The notes beneath the pieces were generated by a model. That model did not search any database. It was not told the origin of the DNA and saw only the letters and a program-made list of their open reading frames with translations. Position numbers and translations under genes: made by a program. This document shows, piece by piece, positions 10,152-20,212 of a DNA stretch of 64,000 nt (positions are counted from its first letter, which is position 1; each line of letters starts with the position of its first letter). The DNA comes from Rhodospirillales bacterium (GTDB lineage Bacteria; Pseudomonadota; Alphaproteobacteria; Rhodospirillales; JASLLZ01). Location of the stretch: the NCBI GenBank assembly GCA_030746775.1, contig JASLLZ010000002.1, positions 1,663-65,662 of the forward strand, written 5' to 3'.

Positions 10152-10184
10152 CAAAATAGAGCGTTCGGCCCTCGCGCGGCTCCC

Positions 10185-10224
10185 GGATTCCGGGTTCGCA
10201 CTGTCGCGCGCCCCGGAATGACGG
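10185..10224. repeat. REP-like palindromic element (single arm)
   Basis: GGATTCCGGGTTCGCA...GCGCGCCCCGGAATGACGG; ATTCCGGG (10187-10194) pairs with CCCGGAAT (10212-10219); resembles alphaproteobacterial intergenic repeats. Confidence 0.6.
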
Positions 10225-10264
10225 CGAATTTTATGGGGTTGTCCTGGGCTGGTGCCGCGCGTTG

Positions 10265-11929
10265 TCAAGAATTCGGTTGGCGGCGGAAATGCCATTTGAG
10301 GACGGTGTCGCCCGCCGCCAGGGGCTTTTCGACGACGATCTGGCGGCTCTGGTGCATTTCGCCGAAGTGGGGCGCATAGACGCTGTCGTCGAGGCGCGGA
10401 GCTTCGCCCGGGGCCTCGAACAGCCACGTCCCCATGCCCGGCGCCTCGAGGCTGAGGCCGCCGCCGGCGCCGAGCGCCACCCGGACATCGGGGTGCAGGT
10501 GAAAGCGCGCCGCCATGCGCCGTTGGTTGCCGCCGGCCTTGGTCCTTTGCACGCGATCCTCGCCGCTCAACCGTGCGCCGTCGCGGGTGAGCGACAGGCG
10601 GCGGTGATGGATCAGGCCCAGGCGCCGGTATCCGTCGTGGCGTCCGACGACGGAGATTTCGTCCGCGTCATCGCGGCGCCGGCCGTCGACGTCGCGGGGC
10701 CGGCGGCCGAGCCGGAAGACGCCGTAAACCTCGGCGCTGTCGAGGCCGTCGATGTCGACCGTCGAGTGGGCGGCGGTGCCGCGCAGGCGGTTGCGCCAGG
10801 CGGCGTCCTGATAGGCATAGGTGCCGCAGTTGACGACCAGGCGCTGGACGCCGACCGAGAACTCGAAGGCCAGGGTATCGGCGTGGGCATGGGCCGGAAG
10901 CGCGTCGGGACAACAGCGCCCGGTATCGACCACGGCCACGGCATCGCCGGCGGCCAGCCGGTGATAGCCGGCCTGGCCAAGGCTTTCGGGGGCCTTGGGC
11001 GGGTCGCCCACCAGCTTGTCGAGGCTGGCCAGGCGAGCCGGATCGCCGATGTCGCCGTCGTTGAACAAGGCCAACCCCCCATCGCCCAAACGGAAAAACG
11101 CAAGGGCCAGGGCCATGCGCCCGATGGCGTCGTCCAGCCACGGGGGGGTGCCGTCGGTCTCGGTCAGCAGGGCGCGAAGATCGATCAGGTCGCCTAGAAC
11201 CTGAAGGTGGTAAGCCGGCGAGCGTTCATAGTGGCAGCCGTCGGCCGGAACCTGGCCGGCCACGGCTCCGGCCAGGGCCTTGAGGGCGGCGGCGCCCAGT
11301 TCGGCCCGGCCGGCCAGGCAACGGCCGGCGGCGGCCAGGGCCTTGAGATTCTTGATCAGGTGGTTGCCGCCGATGTCGCGCTCGACGACGCGCCCAAGGT
11401 GGCGCGCCTGACGGTCGAGGGATTGAACGAAACGGTGCCGCCAGGCGTCGTCGGCGCCTTCAAGAACGAACGGCGCGTGGCACAGCCAGGCGTAGACGCG
11501 CAGCGACAGCGGATAGGGGTGCCAGGCAATGCCGCCGGGCCGCGGATGGGCGTCCATCCACTCGCCGATAAGGGCGCGGGCGTAAACGGCGCCCTCTTGC
11601 GCCTCCCGCAGGTCGGCCAGCCATTCGAAGTAATGCAGCGTAAAGCGCCACAGAAGCGACTGCTCCCGGGCCTGCCAGTCGACCGGCCGGGCGAAGGGAT
11701 GGTCGCGTCCGATGAGGCGGATTTGGCCGTCGCGGATGCGCTCGCCGTTGGCCGCCTGGCCCGGCCACAGGCGGGGGGGAGCGGCCGTGATCGCCGCCTC
11801 GCCGTCGGGTGCCAGACACCAGCGGTCGTAAAGGGACGAGGCGTACCAGGGCGCCAGCGCGCGGCGGCCGAGGCGGCGCCCGACCTGAACCGGGCGCAGA
11901 TAGCGGAGCGTGCGCAGAACCGGGGTCAT
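10265..11929 (-). CDS. Heparinase II/III family protein (copy 1)
   Basis: LWRFTLHYFEW, WHPYP, GNHLIKN, DGCHYERSPAYH, HAHAD, RGTAAHST; start at MTPV overlapping the asnB stop. Confidence 0.88.
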   Translation of the reverse strand: MTPVLRTLRYLRPVQVGRRLGRRALAPWYASSLYDRWCLAPDGEAAITAAPPRLWPGQAANGERIRDGQIRLIGRDHPFARPVDWQAREQSLLWRFTLHYFEWLADLREAQEGAVYARALIGEWMDAHPRPGGIAWHPYPLSLRVYAWLCHAPFVLEGADDAWRHRFVQSLDRQARHLGRVVERDIGGNHLIKNLKALAAAGRCLAGRAELGAAALKALAGAVAGQVPADGCHYERSPAYHLQVLGDLIDLRALLTETDGTPPWLDDAIGRMALALAFFRLGDGGLALFNDGDIGDPARLASLDKLVGDPPKAPESLGQAGYHRLAAGDAVAVVDTGRCCPDALPAHAHADTLAFEFSVGVQRLVVNCGTYAYQDAAWRNRLRGTAAHSTVDIDGLDSAEVYGVFRLGRRPRDVDGRRRDDADEISVVGRHDGYRRLGLIHHRRLSLTRDGARLSGEDRVQRTKAGGNQRRMAARFHLHPDVRVALGAGGGLSLEAPGMGTWLFEAPGEAPRLDDSVYAPHFGEMHQSRQIVVEKPLAAGDTVLKWHFRRQPNS

Positions 11930-13794
11930 TGGGCGGTGCGCCAGGCGTCGAGAACCAGCAAGGACCAGATCTTGAGCGAATGATCGCGCCGGCCGCGGCG
12001 CTGCTCGTCGAGGAGGCGTGCCACCGGCGCCCAGGCCAGGCCGGCGGCGGCCATGGTGTCCGGGGTCAGGCGTTGGGCGACAAGAGCGGCCAGGTCGCTT
12101 TTCAGCCACACCCCCATGGGCGGGTTGAACCCTTGCTTGGGCCGGTTAACCACGGCGTCCGGCAAAAGACGCCGCGCCACCGCCTTCAACAGGGTTTTCA
12201 TTCCGCGGTGGAAACGAAGTTCGGGGGACAGCCGTTGCACCGCCTCGATGACCCGGTGGTCGATGAGGGGCAGGCGCAACTCAAGACCGTGGCGCATGCT
12301 CATGGCATCGCCGTAGGCGAGCAGGTTGCCGGGCAGGAAGGACAGCACATCGGTCTGCTGCATGGCGTCGAGCGGCCGGTCGGACGGCGCCGTTTCGTAC
12401 AATTCGGCGATCGGGCGCCCGGGCACGCCGCCGTCGCGGCCGTCGCCGCCGAGCAGGGCGTGGCGCTCGGCGGGATCGAAATATTCGACCCAGGCGGCAT
12501 ACATTTCGCTGTTGCAATTATTGGCGCCGGCCAGGAACTGCCGCGCCCGGCGCAGCGAATGTCGGCCCCGGCTGCTTTCGGGGATGAAGCGCGACAGGGG
12601 CGCCACGACGCGGCCCCGCAGCCAGCCCGGCAGGCGACGGTAGCGCTCGGCCAGAAGCCCGCCGCGATAGCGCGGATAGCCGGCGAAGACCTCGTCGCCG
12701 CCGTCGCCGGCCAGGGCCACGGTGACGTGCTCGCGGGTCTTGCGCGACAGGTCGTGAATCAACAGCGCCGTCGGGTTGCCGAAGGGCTCGCCGAAGGCGG
12801 CGACGGTGTCGTCGAGAAGGTCCGTCAAACCGCTGCCGGCGGCCAATTCCGTGTGGTTGGTGCCCAGGTCGTCGGCGACCCGCCGGGCCCAGCGGCTTTC
12901 GTCATAGGCGGCTTCGGCGAAGGTCATGGTGAAGGTGTTGATGGGCCGGCCGCCCTGGCGGCGCGCGTTCTCCGCCATCAGGGCGGCGATTACCGAACTG
13001 TCGATGCCGCCCGACAGGAAGCAGCCGATGGGAACGTCGGCCACCATGCGGTCGACGACGGCCAGGCGGATTGCCGGCAAAAGCTCCTCGGTCGCCTCGG
13101 CGACGCCGATTTCGCGCCCGCCGGTAAACCGGGGCCGCCAATAGGGCTCGATTTTGAAGCTACCGTTGCGCCACCGCAACATATGTCCCGGCGCCAGCTT
13201 TCGGATGCCCCGGTGGATGGTCTTGGGGGCCGGAACGTAGAGGCAGGCAAGGTATTCCGACAAGGCCTGGCGGTCGATGCCCAGGTCGATGCCGGGGTGC
13301 GCCTTGAGCGCTTCGATCTCCGATGCGAAGGCCAGGTTTCCGCCGTTCAGCGGCGCGTAGACCAAGGGCTTGATGCCAAGCCGGTCGCGCACCAAAAGAA
13401 GTTCACTCGTCTCCCGGTCCCACAGCGCGAAGGCGAACATGCCGACCAGGCGGTCGAGCGCCCGGGTCCCCTCGCGACGCAACAAGATCAAGAGCACTTC
13501 GGTGTCGCTGGCCGAACGAAAGCGCTCGCCCTTGGCCTCCAATTGGGCACGCAGATCCGGGTAATTGTAGATTTCGCCGTTGAACGACAGGACGTAGCGC
13601 CCGCAATCCGACGTCATGGGCTGGGCGGCGGCCGGGCTAAGGTCGATGACGGCAAGGCGGGTATGGGCCAAACCGGGGCCGCCGTCGTCTTCTTGCCACA
13701 GGCCCATGCCGTCGGGACCGCGATGGCGCAAGCGGTCGCGCATGCGGGCCAAGACGGCCGCCGATGCCAAGGTGCTGCCGGCTATCCCGCACAT
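11926..13794 (-). CDS. asnB: Asparagine synthase-like amidotransferase (copy 1)
   Basis: MCGI N-terminus, RGPD, NGEIYN, LSGGIDSS, GDGGDE, PKQGF motifs; probably a glycan amidase/amidotransferase in this context. Confidence 0.92.
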   Translation of the reverse strand: MCGIAGSTLASAAVLARMRDRLRHRGPDGMGLWQEDDGGPGLAHTRLAVIDLSPAAAQPMTSDCGRYVLSFNGEIYNYPDLRAQLEAKGERFRSASDTEVLLILLRREGTRALDRLVGMFAFALWDRETSELLLVRDRLGIKPLVYAPLNGGNLAFASEIEALKAHPGIDLGIDRQALSEYLACLYVPAPKTIHRGIRKLAPGHMLRWRNGSFKIEPYWRPRFTGGREIGVAEATEELLPAIRLAVVDRMVADVPIGCFLSGGIDSSVIAALMAENARRQGGRPINTFTMTFAEAAYDESRWARRVADDLGTNHTELAAGSGLTDLLDDTVAAFGEPFGNPTALLIHDLSRKTREHVTVALAGDGGDEVFAGYPRYRGGLLAERYRRLPGWLRGRVVAPLSRFIPESSRGRHSLRRARQFLAGANNCNSEMYAAWVEYFDPAERHALLGGDGRDGGVPGRPIAELYETAPSDRPLDAMQQTDVLSFLPGNLLAYGDAMSMRHGLELRLPLIDHRVIEAVQRLSPELRFHRGMKTLLKAVARRLLPDAVVNRPKQGFNPPMGVWLKSDLAALVAQRLTPDTMAAAGLAWAPVARLLDEQRRGRRDHSLKIWSLLVLDAWRTAQ

Positions 13795-13821
13795 GGTTTG
13801 GATTGGCCGATAATGGGGGCC

Positions 13822-14526
13822 TCAGCGAGCCACGTTGTAACGCAAGATACACCAGATCGCCCTGAAGCCGTCCTTCCAGGTGATTTTCTTGCCGTCCTCG
13901 TAGGTCCGCCCGGCATAGCCGATGCCAACCTCGTAGATCCTGGGCCGCGGTTTGAGGTGGCTGATCTTGGCGGTGATTTCGGGCTCGAAACCAAATCGAT
14001 CCTCCTTGATAACGATGCCCTTGATAATGGGGCCGCGGAAAACCTTGTAGCAGGTCTCCATGTCGGTCAGGTTGAGATCGGTGAACATGTTCGACATCAA
14101 GGTCAGGAATTTGTTGCCCAGGCTGTGCCAGAAATAGAGCACACGGGCGCTCTCGCCGCCCTTGAAGCGCGACCCATAAACCACGTCGGCGCCGCCGTCG
14201 ACGATGGGTCTCAGCAACTTCGGGTATTCCGCCGGGTCGTATTCCAGGTCGGCGTCCTGAATCAAGACGATGTCGCCGCCGGCGACATCGAAGCCGCTGC
14301 GCAAGGCCGCCCCCTTGCCCCGGTTTGCTTCGTGGCAGAGGACGCTGACGCGATCGTCCTTGGCCGCCTGGGCCCGGGCGATGTCCGCCGAGCCGTCCGT
14401 CGAGGCGTCGTCGACGACGATGACTTCCAACGCCAAGCTCAAGGTGTCGGCGCCCAGCACCCGCTCGACGACCGTCTCCAGAGTCGCCGCTTCGTTGTAG
14501 CACGGGATGACGACGGAAAGTTTCAT
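13822..14526 (-). CDS. Glycosyltransferase family 2 (polyprenol-phosphate, DPM1-like)
   Basis: [43 protein letters not shown]. Confidence 0.92.
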   Translation of the reverse strand: MKLSVVIPCYNEAATLETVVERVLGADTLSLALEVIVVDDASTDGSADIARAQAAKDDRVSVLCHEANRGKGAALRSGFDVAGGDIVLIQDADLEYDPAEYPKLLRPIVDGGADVVYGSRFKGGESARVLYFWHSLGNKFLTLMSNMFTDLNLTDMETCYKVFRGPIIKGIVIKEDRFGFEPEITAKISHLKPRPRIYEVGIGYAGRTYEDGKKITWKDGFRAIWCILRYNVAR

Positions 14527-14559
14527 GGCGCTCCGATTATCACGTTCAGGCGATCCCCA

Positions 14560-16461
14560 TCACCGAAAAGGACACCTTTGCGGCGTCACCGTCAAGATAT
14601 CGAAGGTCGCCACGCCGGCCGCCAGATCGGGCAAGGTGCGCGACGCGAAGGCGCGCGCCGTCACTATTTTCACCGGCGCGGCGCATCCCGACTGGCGAAG
14701 GGACCCGCTCAAGCGCTCGAACGTCGGTTGGTCCTTGGCGTCGTTGCCGGACCGGCGAACGGCCAAATGGGTAATGCCCAAGCGCCTGGCCTGAGCATAA
14801 AATCGTTGCGGCGCGGCGGTGGCCGGCGACAGGTCGAGCAAGGCCTGGTTGACGGGATGGGCAAAGTAAGCCGGGACGTCGAGCAAATAGAGCAATTGCC
14901 GGTCGCCAAGCGCCACGCGGTCGGTGGCCGAGAGGTTGGCGTTGAGCCACTTCGCCAGCCCGTATCGGGTGACGTTTTGTTCGAAAAACGCGTCGCGGCT
15001 GTCGCCGGCCAGCCAGTGGCGCGCATAGGCCATGGTGAATATCGCCTGTCCCGCCAGTTGCAGGGCGATGGTGAAGGCGAAAACGGCGATCATGGGCCGC
15101 CAAAAGGCGCTCCGGTCACGCATCGCCGCCGCCGCCGCCATGACGCATAACAAAAGCAACGGATAAAGGGGCAGCAAGTGGCGCACCCGTTGCGAAGAGC
15201 CGGTGAAGAACCACAAAGCGTAATGAAGGGCGACGAGAACGGCGATCGGGGCCAGGGCGCTTGATCCGAGTCGATGCCGCCTGGTCCACACACCGGCCAT
15301 GGCGAACGGCACCATCAGAAGGACGAACGGACCCAAACCGGTGCGCCCCGATTCCATCACCGCGTCGCCCATCAAGGTGGCCCGGAAGGGATAAAGCAGA
15401 AGCCACAGCGGATTGCGCGAGACCACCGTTTCCCGGCCAAAAAAGACGTCTTGCAGAAAATCGGCATGGGATTGATCCCAGTATCCGGGGCCGGTGTATT
15501 CGATCCACCCGAATAGCAGGGGAAACACGGGATCGCCGGAATGGACCCAGTTCCAGCCGTACCATTGGCTTCCCGCCAACACCGCGCCGGCGGAGAATAC
15601 CGCGCCACGCCGCAGCCAGCCGCGGCCGGCGAGGAGTGTCAATCCGGCCGCGACGACGAACACGCCGCCTAGATATTTCGATCCCATGTAGAAACCGGCC
15701 ATCACGCCGGCCAGCAAGGCATATCGGACAGGTCCTCCCCTGAGTGCCGTGGCGACCCCAAGGGCGGCGACAAGCACGAACATGGCCATGCGTGTCTCGA
15801 CCTGTCCGTTGCCGGCGCCGTAGAGAACGGTCGGTGTGGTGAGGAGGACGAGGGTCGCGGCCAATGACCAGGTCACACCAAGATAGCGCCGGCAAACGGT
15901 GTAAAACAGGGCCCCAGCCGCCCATCCGCTGACCATGGTCCATAGGGTCAAGGCGGTCTCGCCCCCCAGTCCGAGGGCCGGGATATAGGTCATTTGGACC
16001 AACAAGGGCACCGCGCCATCGACGGCGCGGGGGATGAATTCCAGGCGCCCGGCGGCGAGGAATTGCTTGGGCAGGGCGAAATGATAGGCCAGGGAATCGG
16101 CGTCGGCGGGAGGCGCCAGGCCTTCCATGAGGTCGAACGCCGCCACCGCGCACAGGACGGCCGCCAGCGACCAAAACACCGCGTCGCGGCCGACCTCGAG
16201 GGGTGCCACCAGGGGACGGCCAAGAAGCAACACGCCGAGCGCGCCGGCCACGAGAACGGTGAACAGAACCGGTTGGTTCAGGAGCCCCAGGGCGCCGATA
16301 AAGAAAACGATCCAGCCCAGCACGCCGAACCCGACGGCGAAGGACCAACACGCCCTTTCGCCGGGCTTGAGATCGGCCAGAATGCCCAGGCCCCTGAGCA
16401 AGGCTGCCCCGAGGCCGACACAACAGGCCCCTTCCAGCGCGACGACCAAGGCGGCGATCAT
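14560..16461 (-). CDS. Polytopic membrane protein, probable GT-C fold glycosyltransferase (ArnT/PMT-like)
   Basis: Many TM segments; PPADADSLAYHFALPK loop and GDPVFP motif. Confidence 0.7.
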   Translation of the reverse strand: MIAALVVALEGACCVGLGAALLRGLGILADLKPGERACWSFAVGFGVLGWIVFFIGALGLLNQPVLFTVLVAGALGVLLLGRPLVAPLEVGRDAVFWSLAAVLCAVAAFDLMEGLAPPADADSLAYHFALPKQFLAAGRLEFIPRAVDGAVPLLVQMTYIPALGLGGETALTLWTMVSGWAAGALFYTVCRRYLGVTWSLAATLVLLTTPTVLYGAGNGQVETRMAMFVLVAALGVATALRGGPVRYALLAGVMAGFYMGSKYLGGVFVVAAGLTLLAGRGWLRRGAVFSAGAVLAGSQWYGWNWVHSGDPVFPLLFGWIEYTGPGYWDQSHADFLQDVFFGRETVVSRNPLWLLLYPFRATLMGDAVMESGRTGLGPFVLLMVPFAMAGVWTRRHRLGSSALAPIAVLVALHYALWFFTGSSQRVRHLLPLYPLLLLCVMAAAAAMRDRSAFWRPMIAVFAFTIALQLAGQAIFTMAYARHWLAGDSRDAFFEQNVTRYGLAKWLNANLSATDRVALGDRQLLYLLDVPAYFAHPVNQALLDLSPATAAPQRFYAQARRLGITHLAVRRSGNDAKDQPTFERLSGSLRQSGCAAPVKIVTARAFASRTLPDLAAGVATFDILTVTPQRCPFR

Positions 16462-16583
16462 GACACCCCCAGAAGACGGGCGATGGGGCCGATCAGTCCC
16501 ACAAACTGGTAGAGGTAGGCCGCCCCGGCGGTCAGGACCCAAAGCCACAGAACCAAGGCGACGATCCTGGCGTCAGTCCACAT
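16458..16583 (-). CDS. Small membrane protein, 41 aa
   Basis: MWTDARIVALVLWLWVLTAGAAYLYQFVGLIGPIARLLGVS; overlaps the upstream gene end and has an ATGA overlap with the downstream gene. Confidence 0.65.
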   Translation of the reverse strand: MWTDARIVALVLWLWVLTAGAAYLYQFVGLIGPIARLLGVS

Positions 16584-16878
16584 TGACGAATTTCCGGCAC
16601 CGGTCCGCCAGGTCGCCCATCACGCGCTGATAGGTTTCGACGGGCCGGCGCTTGTCCTCGGCGGTGAAGTTTGCCTGGTGGTGCCAATAGACTTGCCGGC
16701 ACAGCTTTTTTTGCGATGACACGCAGCGGTCGAACAAGACCTTGTTGGTAATGCCCTCGGCCGAGCAGCGCTGTTGGCGTGCCGCCCTCAGTTCAGCCTC
16801 GGTCTCGCCGCAGGCGCCAAGGGCGGCGCCGACCAGCGCGATCATGGCCATCGCCATGCTTTGATATTTACCGGCCAT
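16573..16878 (-). CDS. Small putative lipoprotein
   Basis: Hydrophobic signal ending in lipobox LGAC; four further Cys residues. Confidence 0.6.
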   Translation of the reverse strand: MAGKYQSMAMAMIALVGAALGACGETEAELRAARQQRCSAEGITNKVLFDRCVSSQKKLCRQVYWHHQANFTAEDKRRPVETYQRVMGDLADRCRKFVNVD

Positions 16879-16881
16879 CGC

Positions 16882-18063
16882 TCAGTCCCCCGTCCGCGCC
16901 TTGGCGGCCGCCAACTCTATCCCCTTCGCCCAGGCCAGGGTCGTGAGGCAGCAAAGCGGCACCAATTGGCGACCCATTTCGTAATAAAGGCCGCTGAGGA
17001 AGAAACCGATCACCACCGTGCACATGAAGCCGATCCAAAGGGCGAGGGCGGACCAGAACTGGCGGCGAAGAGCGTCTCGGTTGCGGTTTTCGTCGGTGAA
17101 AGCGAAGGCCGCCAACAGGCCGAGAAGAATTCCCGTGGCCGAGGGATAGGCCAGGATTTCGACGAAGTTTTCGCGGATGTCATGAAATTCCTGGATGTTG
17201 ACGCGCCCGAAGGTGTCGAAGGCATGGCCGAAATAGCCCACGAGTCCGCCGCCGCCCCCGGCGCCGACTTGCTGAGCTGCATCGGCGTTCAAGGCTATCG
17301 CCAAATAGAGCATCCCGAGCGTGACGAGCGAAACCCCGGCCAGGCCAAGTAGGCGCTTTGCCGCCGCCCGGGCCCTGGGGCCGGGCGGCGCCTCGCGGTT
17401 GATGGCGAAGCCGTAAACGACGACCGCCACCCCGGTCACCATGCCCAGGTTCTCGAATATGAGCTGGCCGGCGACGAGCGCCGCCGCGGCGGCGAAAAAC
17501 GAGCGCATATAGCCGCCGCTGATGAGGACGAACAACACGAACAGAAACCCGATGGTCGAAAAATCAGACGCCCCCATGCCCTGTTCGACGAACAGGGGAC
17601 CGCTGCGCGCCCAGCCAAAGATGCTCATGAACACCGCCACCATCAGCAAAAGCCGAAGAATGGCGCCCCGGTAGGCAAAGAAGGCCGCGACCAGGACGGG
17701 AACGAATCCCAACATCCGGGTCACGACGACGCTGACGATGACGAGATAGCTTTCCTTGACCGGGATAGACAGGGCTTCGGGCCGGTGGCGGTCGGGAAGC
17801 ATGTCGAGGACCCGCGACGCCTGGACCAGGGTCTGTTCCAGGGCCAAGCCGACCCAGGCGTCGGCGACCCTAAGGCAAATCGGCAAGTGGCCGCACAGCC
17901 CGGCCCGTAGGCTGTACTGCGACGTCGTCACCGTCTTTCCCTGGCTGACCAACTCCACCACTTCGGTGTCGCGCAGGGCGAGGGCCAGGAGAACCAGGCA
18001 GACGAAAACAGAACCGAGGACGGAAACCTCGACAATGGAACGGGCATGGCCCTTGGTGTGCAT
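16882..18063 (-). CDS. Polytopic membrane protein of unknown function
   Basis: About 10 hydrophobic segments; start chosen at MHTKG (uncertain). Confidence 0.6.
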   Translation of the reverse strand: MHTKGHARSIVEVSVLGSVFVCLVLLALALRDTEVVELVSQGKTVTTSQYSLRAGLCGHLPICLRVADAWVGLALEQTLVQASRVLDMLPDRHRPEALSIPVKESYLVIVSVVVTRMLGFVPVLVAAFFAYRGAILRLLLMVAVFMSIFGWARSGPLFVEQGMGASDFSTIGFLFVLFVLISGGYMRSFFAAAAALVAGQLIFENLGMVTGVAVVVYGFAINREAPPGPRARAAAKRLLGLAGVSLVTLGMLYLAIALNADAAQQVGAGGGGGLVGYFGHAFDTFGRVNIQEFHDIRENFVEILAYPSATGILLGLLAAFAFTDENRNRDALRRQFWSALALWIGFMCTVVIGFFLSGLYYEMGRQLVPLCCLTTLAWAKGIELAAAKARTGD

Positions 18064-18374
18064 GGAAACGGACCCTTGATTGGCGAGACTGTGATTGACG
18101 CGCGTACTCCGAACGAAGCCAAAACTCAGCCTGGCTCGAAGCCGATTCCCCTTTCGGAATGAAGCGGTTGTAACATACGCATCAAGACGATCATAGAATG
18201 TCGGGTCCGCCGTCCGGGCAGATCCGAACGCCGCCGGCGCCGACATTTGGGCATTGGACTTCGGGACCGAAAATGTTAAAGCAACGCCGAGCCTGTGGCG
18301 GCGCGTCCTGACTTCTTCCCGGCCATCCTCTCGGCCGGCGCCCGGCGACCCCACGAGAATCGAGGATCGAGAGC

Positions 18375-19376
18375 GTGAAGATTTTCGTTACCGGCGTCGC
18401 CGGATTCCTGGGAAGCCACTTGGCCGACGTGTTTCTTGCCGACGGCCATCAGGTGGTCGGCGTCGACAACATGATCGGCGGACATTTGGACAATGTCCCG
18501 GACAAGGTCGATTTTCACCAGGTCGATTGCTGTCAGTACGACACCATGTCGCGTCTGACCGAGGGCTGCGACGTGGTCTATCACTGCGCCGCCACGGCCT
18601 ACGAGGGGCTTTCGATGTTCTCGCCCCACCTGGTGACGCGCAACATCGTCGATGCCTCGGTCGCGGTCGTCACGGCCGCCATCCACAACCGGGTCGGGCG
18701 GATCGTCTATTGCTCTTCGATGGCGCGCTACGGAAACAACAAGGTGCCGTTCCTCGAGACCTATGCCACCAAGCCCGAGGACCCCTATGGGATCGGCAAG
18801 GTGGCGGTAGAGGACATCCTCAAGAACCTGTGTTCGGTGCACGGCGTCGATTGGGTCATCGCGGTGCCCCACAACATCATCGGGCCGCGACAGAAATACG
18901 ACGATCCCTACCGCAACGTCGCCGCCATCATGATCAACCTGATGCTCCAGGGCCGCCAGCCCATCATTTACGGCGACGGGCGCCAGAAACGCTGTTTTTC
19001 GTTCATCGACGACTGCGTTTACTGTCTCAAGGAGATGGCCTTCCGCCCCTCGGTGGTCGGCCAGGTCATCAACATCGGCCCCGACGAAGAGTTCACCGAA
19101 ATCATCGAATTGTCCGAAATCATCGCCAATCTGGTCGGTTTCAATCTAAACCCCATCCACATGGCGGACCGGCCGCAAGAGGTGAAGATGGCGACGTGCT
19201 CGGCCGACAAGGCGCGCCGTCTTCTGGGCTATGAAACGACGGTGCCCCTGCGCGATGGCCTGCAACAGATGATCGATTACATCAAAAAGCGCGGGCCGAC
19301 GCCGTTCAAATATCATCTGGACCTTGAGATCATTAACGACAAGACTCCCAAGACCTGGTCCGAACGGCTGCTCTGA
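18375..19376 (+). CDS. NAD-dependent epimerase/dehydratase
   Basis: TGVAGFLG, HCAA, YGIGK motifs. Confidence 0.9.
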   Translation: MKIFVTGVAGFLGSHLADVFLADGHQVVGVDNMIGGHLDNVPDKVDFHQVDCCQYDTMSRLTEGCDVVYHCAATAYEGLSMFSPHLVTRNIVDASVAVVTAAIHNRVGRIVYCSSMARYGNNKVPFLETYATKPEDPYGIGKVAVEDILKNLCSVHGVDWVIAVPHNIIGPRQKYDDPYRNVAAIMINLMLQGRQPIIYGDGRQKRCFSFIDDCVYCLKEMAFRPSVVGQVINIGPDEEFTEIIELSEIIANLVGFNLNPIHMADRPQEVKMATCSADKARRLLGYETTVPLRDGLQQMIDYIKKRGPTPFKYHLDLEIINDKTPKTWSERLL

Positions 19377-19417
19377 GCGGCGCGGCCAAGGCACGAGACG
19401 CATGGAGACGAAGGAAG

Positions 19418-20185
19418 ATGTGGAACCGCCAAAGCGTCGGTGTCGTCTTCCCGGCCTATAACGAGGCCCAGAACATCGCCAGCGCCGTCGCCGAGTTTCG
19501 CGCCCTGGCCGGGGCCGACGGCTTGCCCCTCGTCGATGGCGTGGTCGTGGTCGACAACAATTCGACCGACGGCACCGGCGATCTGGCGCGCGATGCCGGC
19601 GCCGAGGTCGTCGTTGAAACCAAGCAAGGGTATGGAAACGCCCTTCAGAGGGGTCTCTCGGAGATCGATACCGACATCATCGTGTTGTGCGAACCGGACG
19701 GAACGTTTGCTTCCAGGGACATCGTCAAGCTGTTGGCCTATTCGGAGGATTTCGAGATGGTCTGCGGCACGCGGACCAATCCCGGCATGATCTGGGACGA
19801 GGCCAACATGAAATGGTTCTTGCGACTGGGAAACTACTTCGTCGCCAAGGGGCTTGAAATCCTTTACAAGACCCGCTCGCTATCGGACTGCGGCTGCACC
19901 TTCCGTCTTGTTCGCAAAGACGCGGCCCGGCGCATGCAGGGCGACTTGTTTGTCGGGGCGTCCCATTTTCTGCCCAACATGATCATTGCCGCCAAAATGA
20001 ACGGGGTCGATTTCATCGAAGTCCCGGTTTCCTACAAGGGCCGAACGGGGGAATCGAAAATCACCGGGTCCTGGCTTGGAATGTGGAAGACGGGGATTGC
20101 CATGATCTGGCTTATCTTGGCCTATTGGCCGAGATTTCTGTTCAGGGTCGCGGCGGCGCAACCGAAAGCGGCCGCCGAACGTTGA
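19418..20185 (+). CDS. Glycosyltransferase family 2 (DPM1-like)
   Basis: FPAYNE, VDNNSTDG, QGYG, EPD in place of DxD, GESKI. Confidence 0.88.
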   Translation: MWNRQSVGVVFPAYNEAQNIASAVAEFRALAGADGLPLVDGVVVVDNNSTDGTGDLARDAGAEVVVETKQGYGNALQRGLSEIDTDIIVLCEPDGTFASRDIVKLLAYSEDFEMVCGTRTNPGMIWDEANMKWFLRLGNYFVAKGLEILYKTRSLSDCGCTFRLVRKDAARRMQGDLFVGASHFLPNMIIAAKMNGVDFIEVPVSYKGRTGESKITGSWLGMWKTGIAMIWLILAYWPRFLFRVAAAQPKAAAER

Positions 20186-20212
20186 GGTTGAATTCCACTT
20201 GAAGCGACTGGA

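Noticed and set aside
11809-15150. 1113-aa plus-strand ORF, and many similar long overlapping ORFs such as 652-2421 and 50840-52936
   Set aside because: Antisense or alternate-frame shadows of well-supported genes in high-GC DNA; low-complexity composition with no motifs
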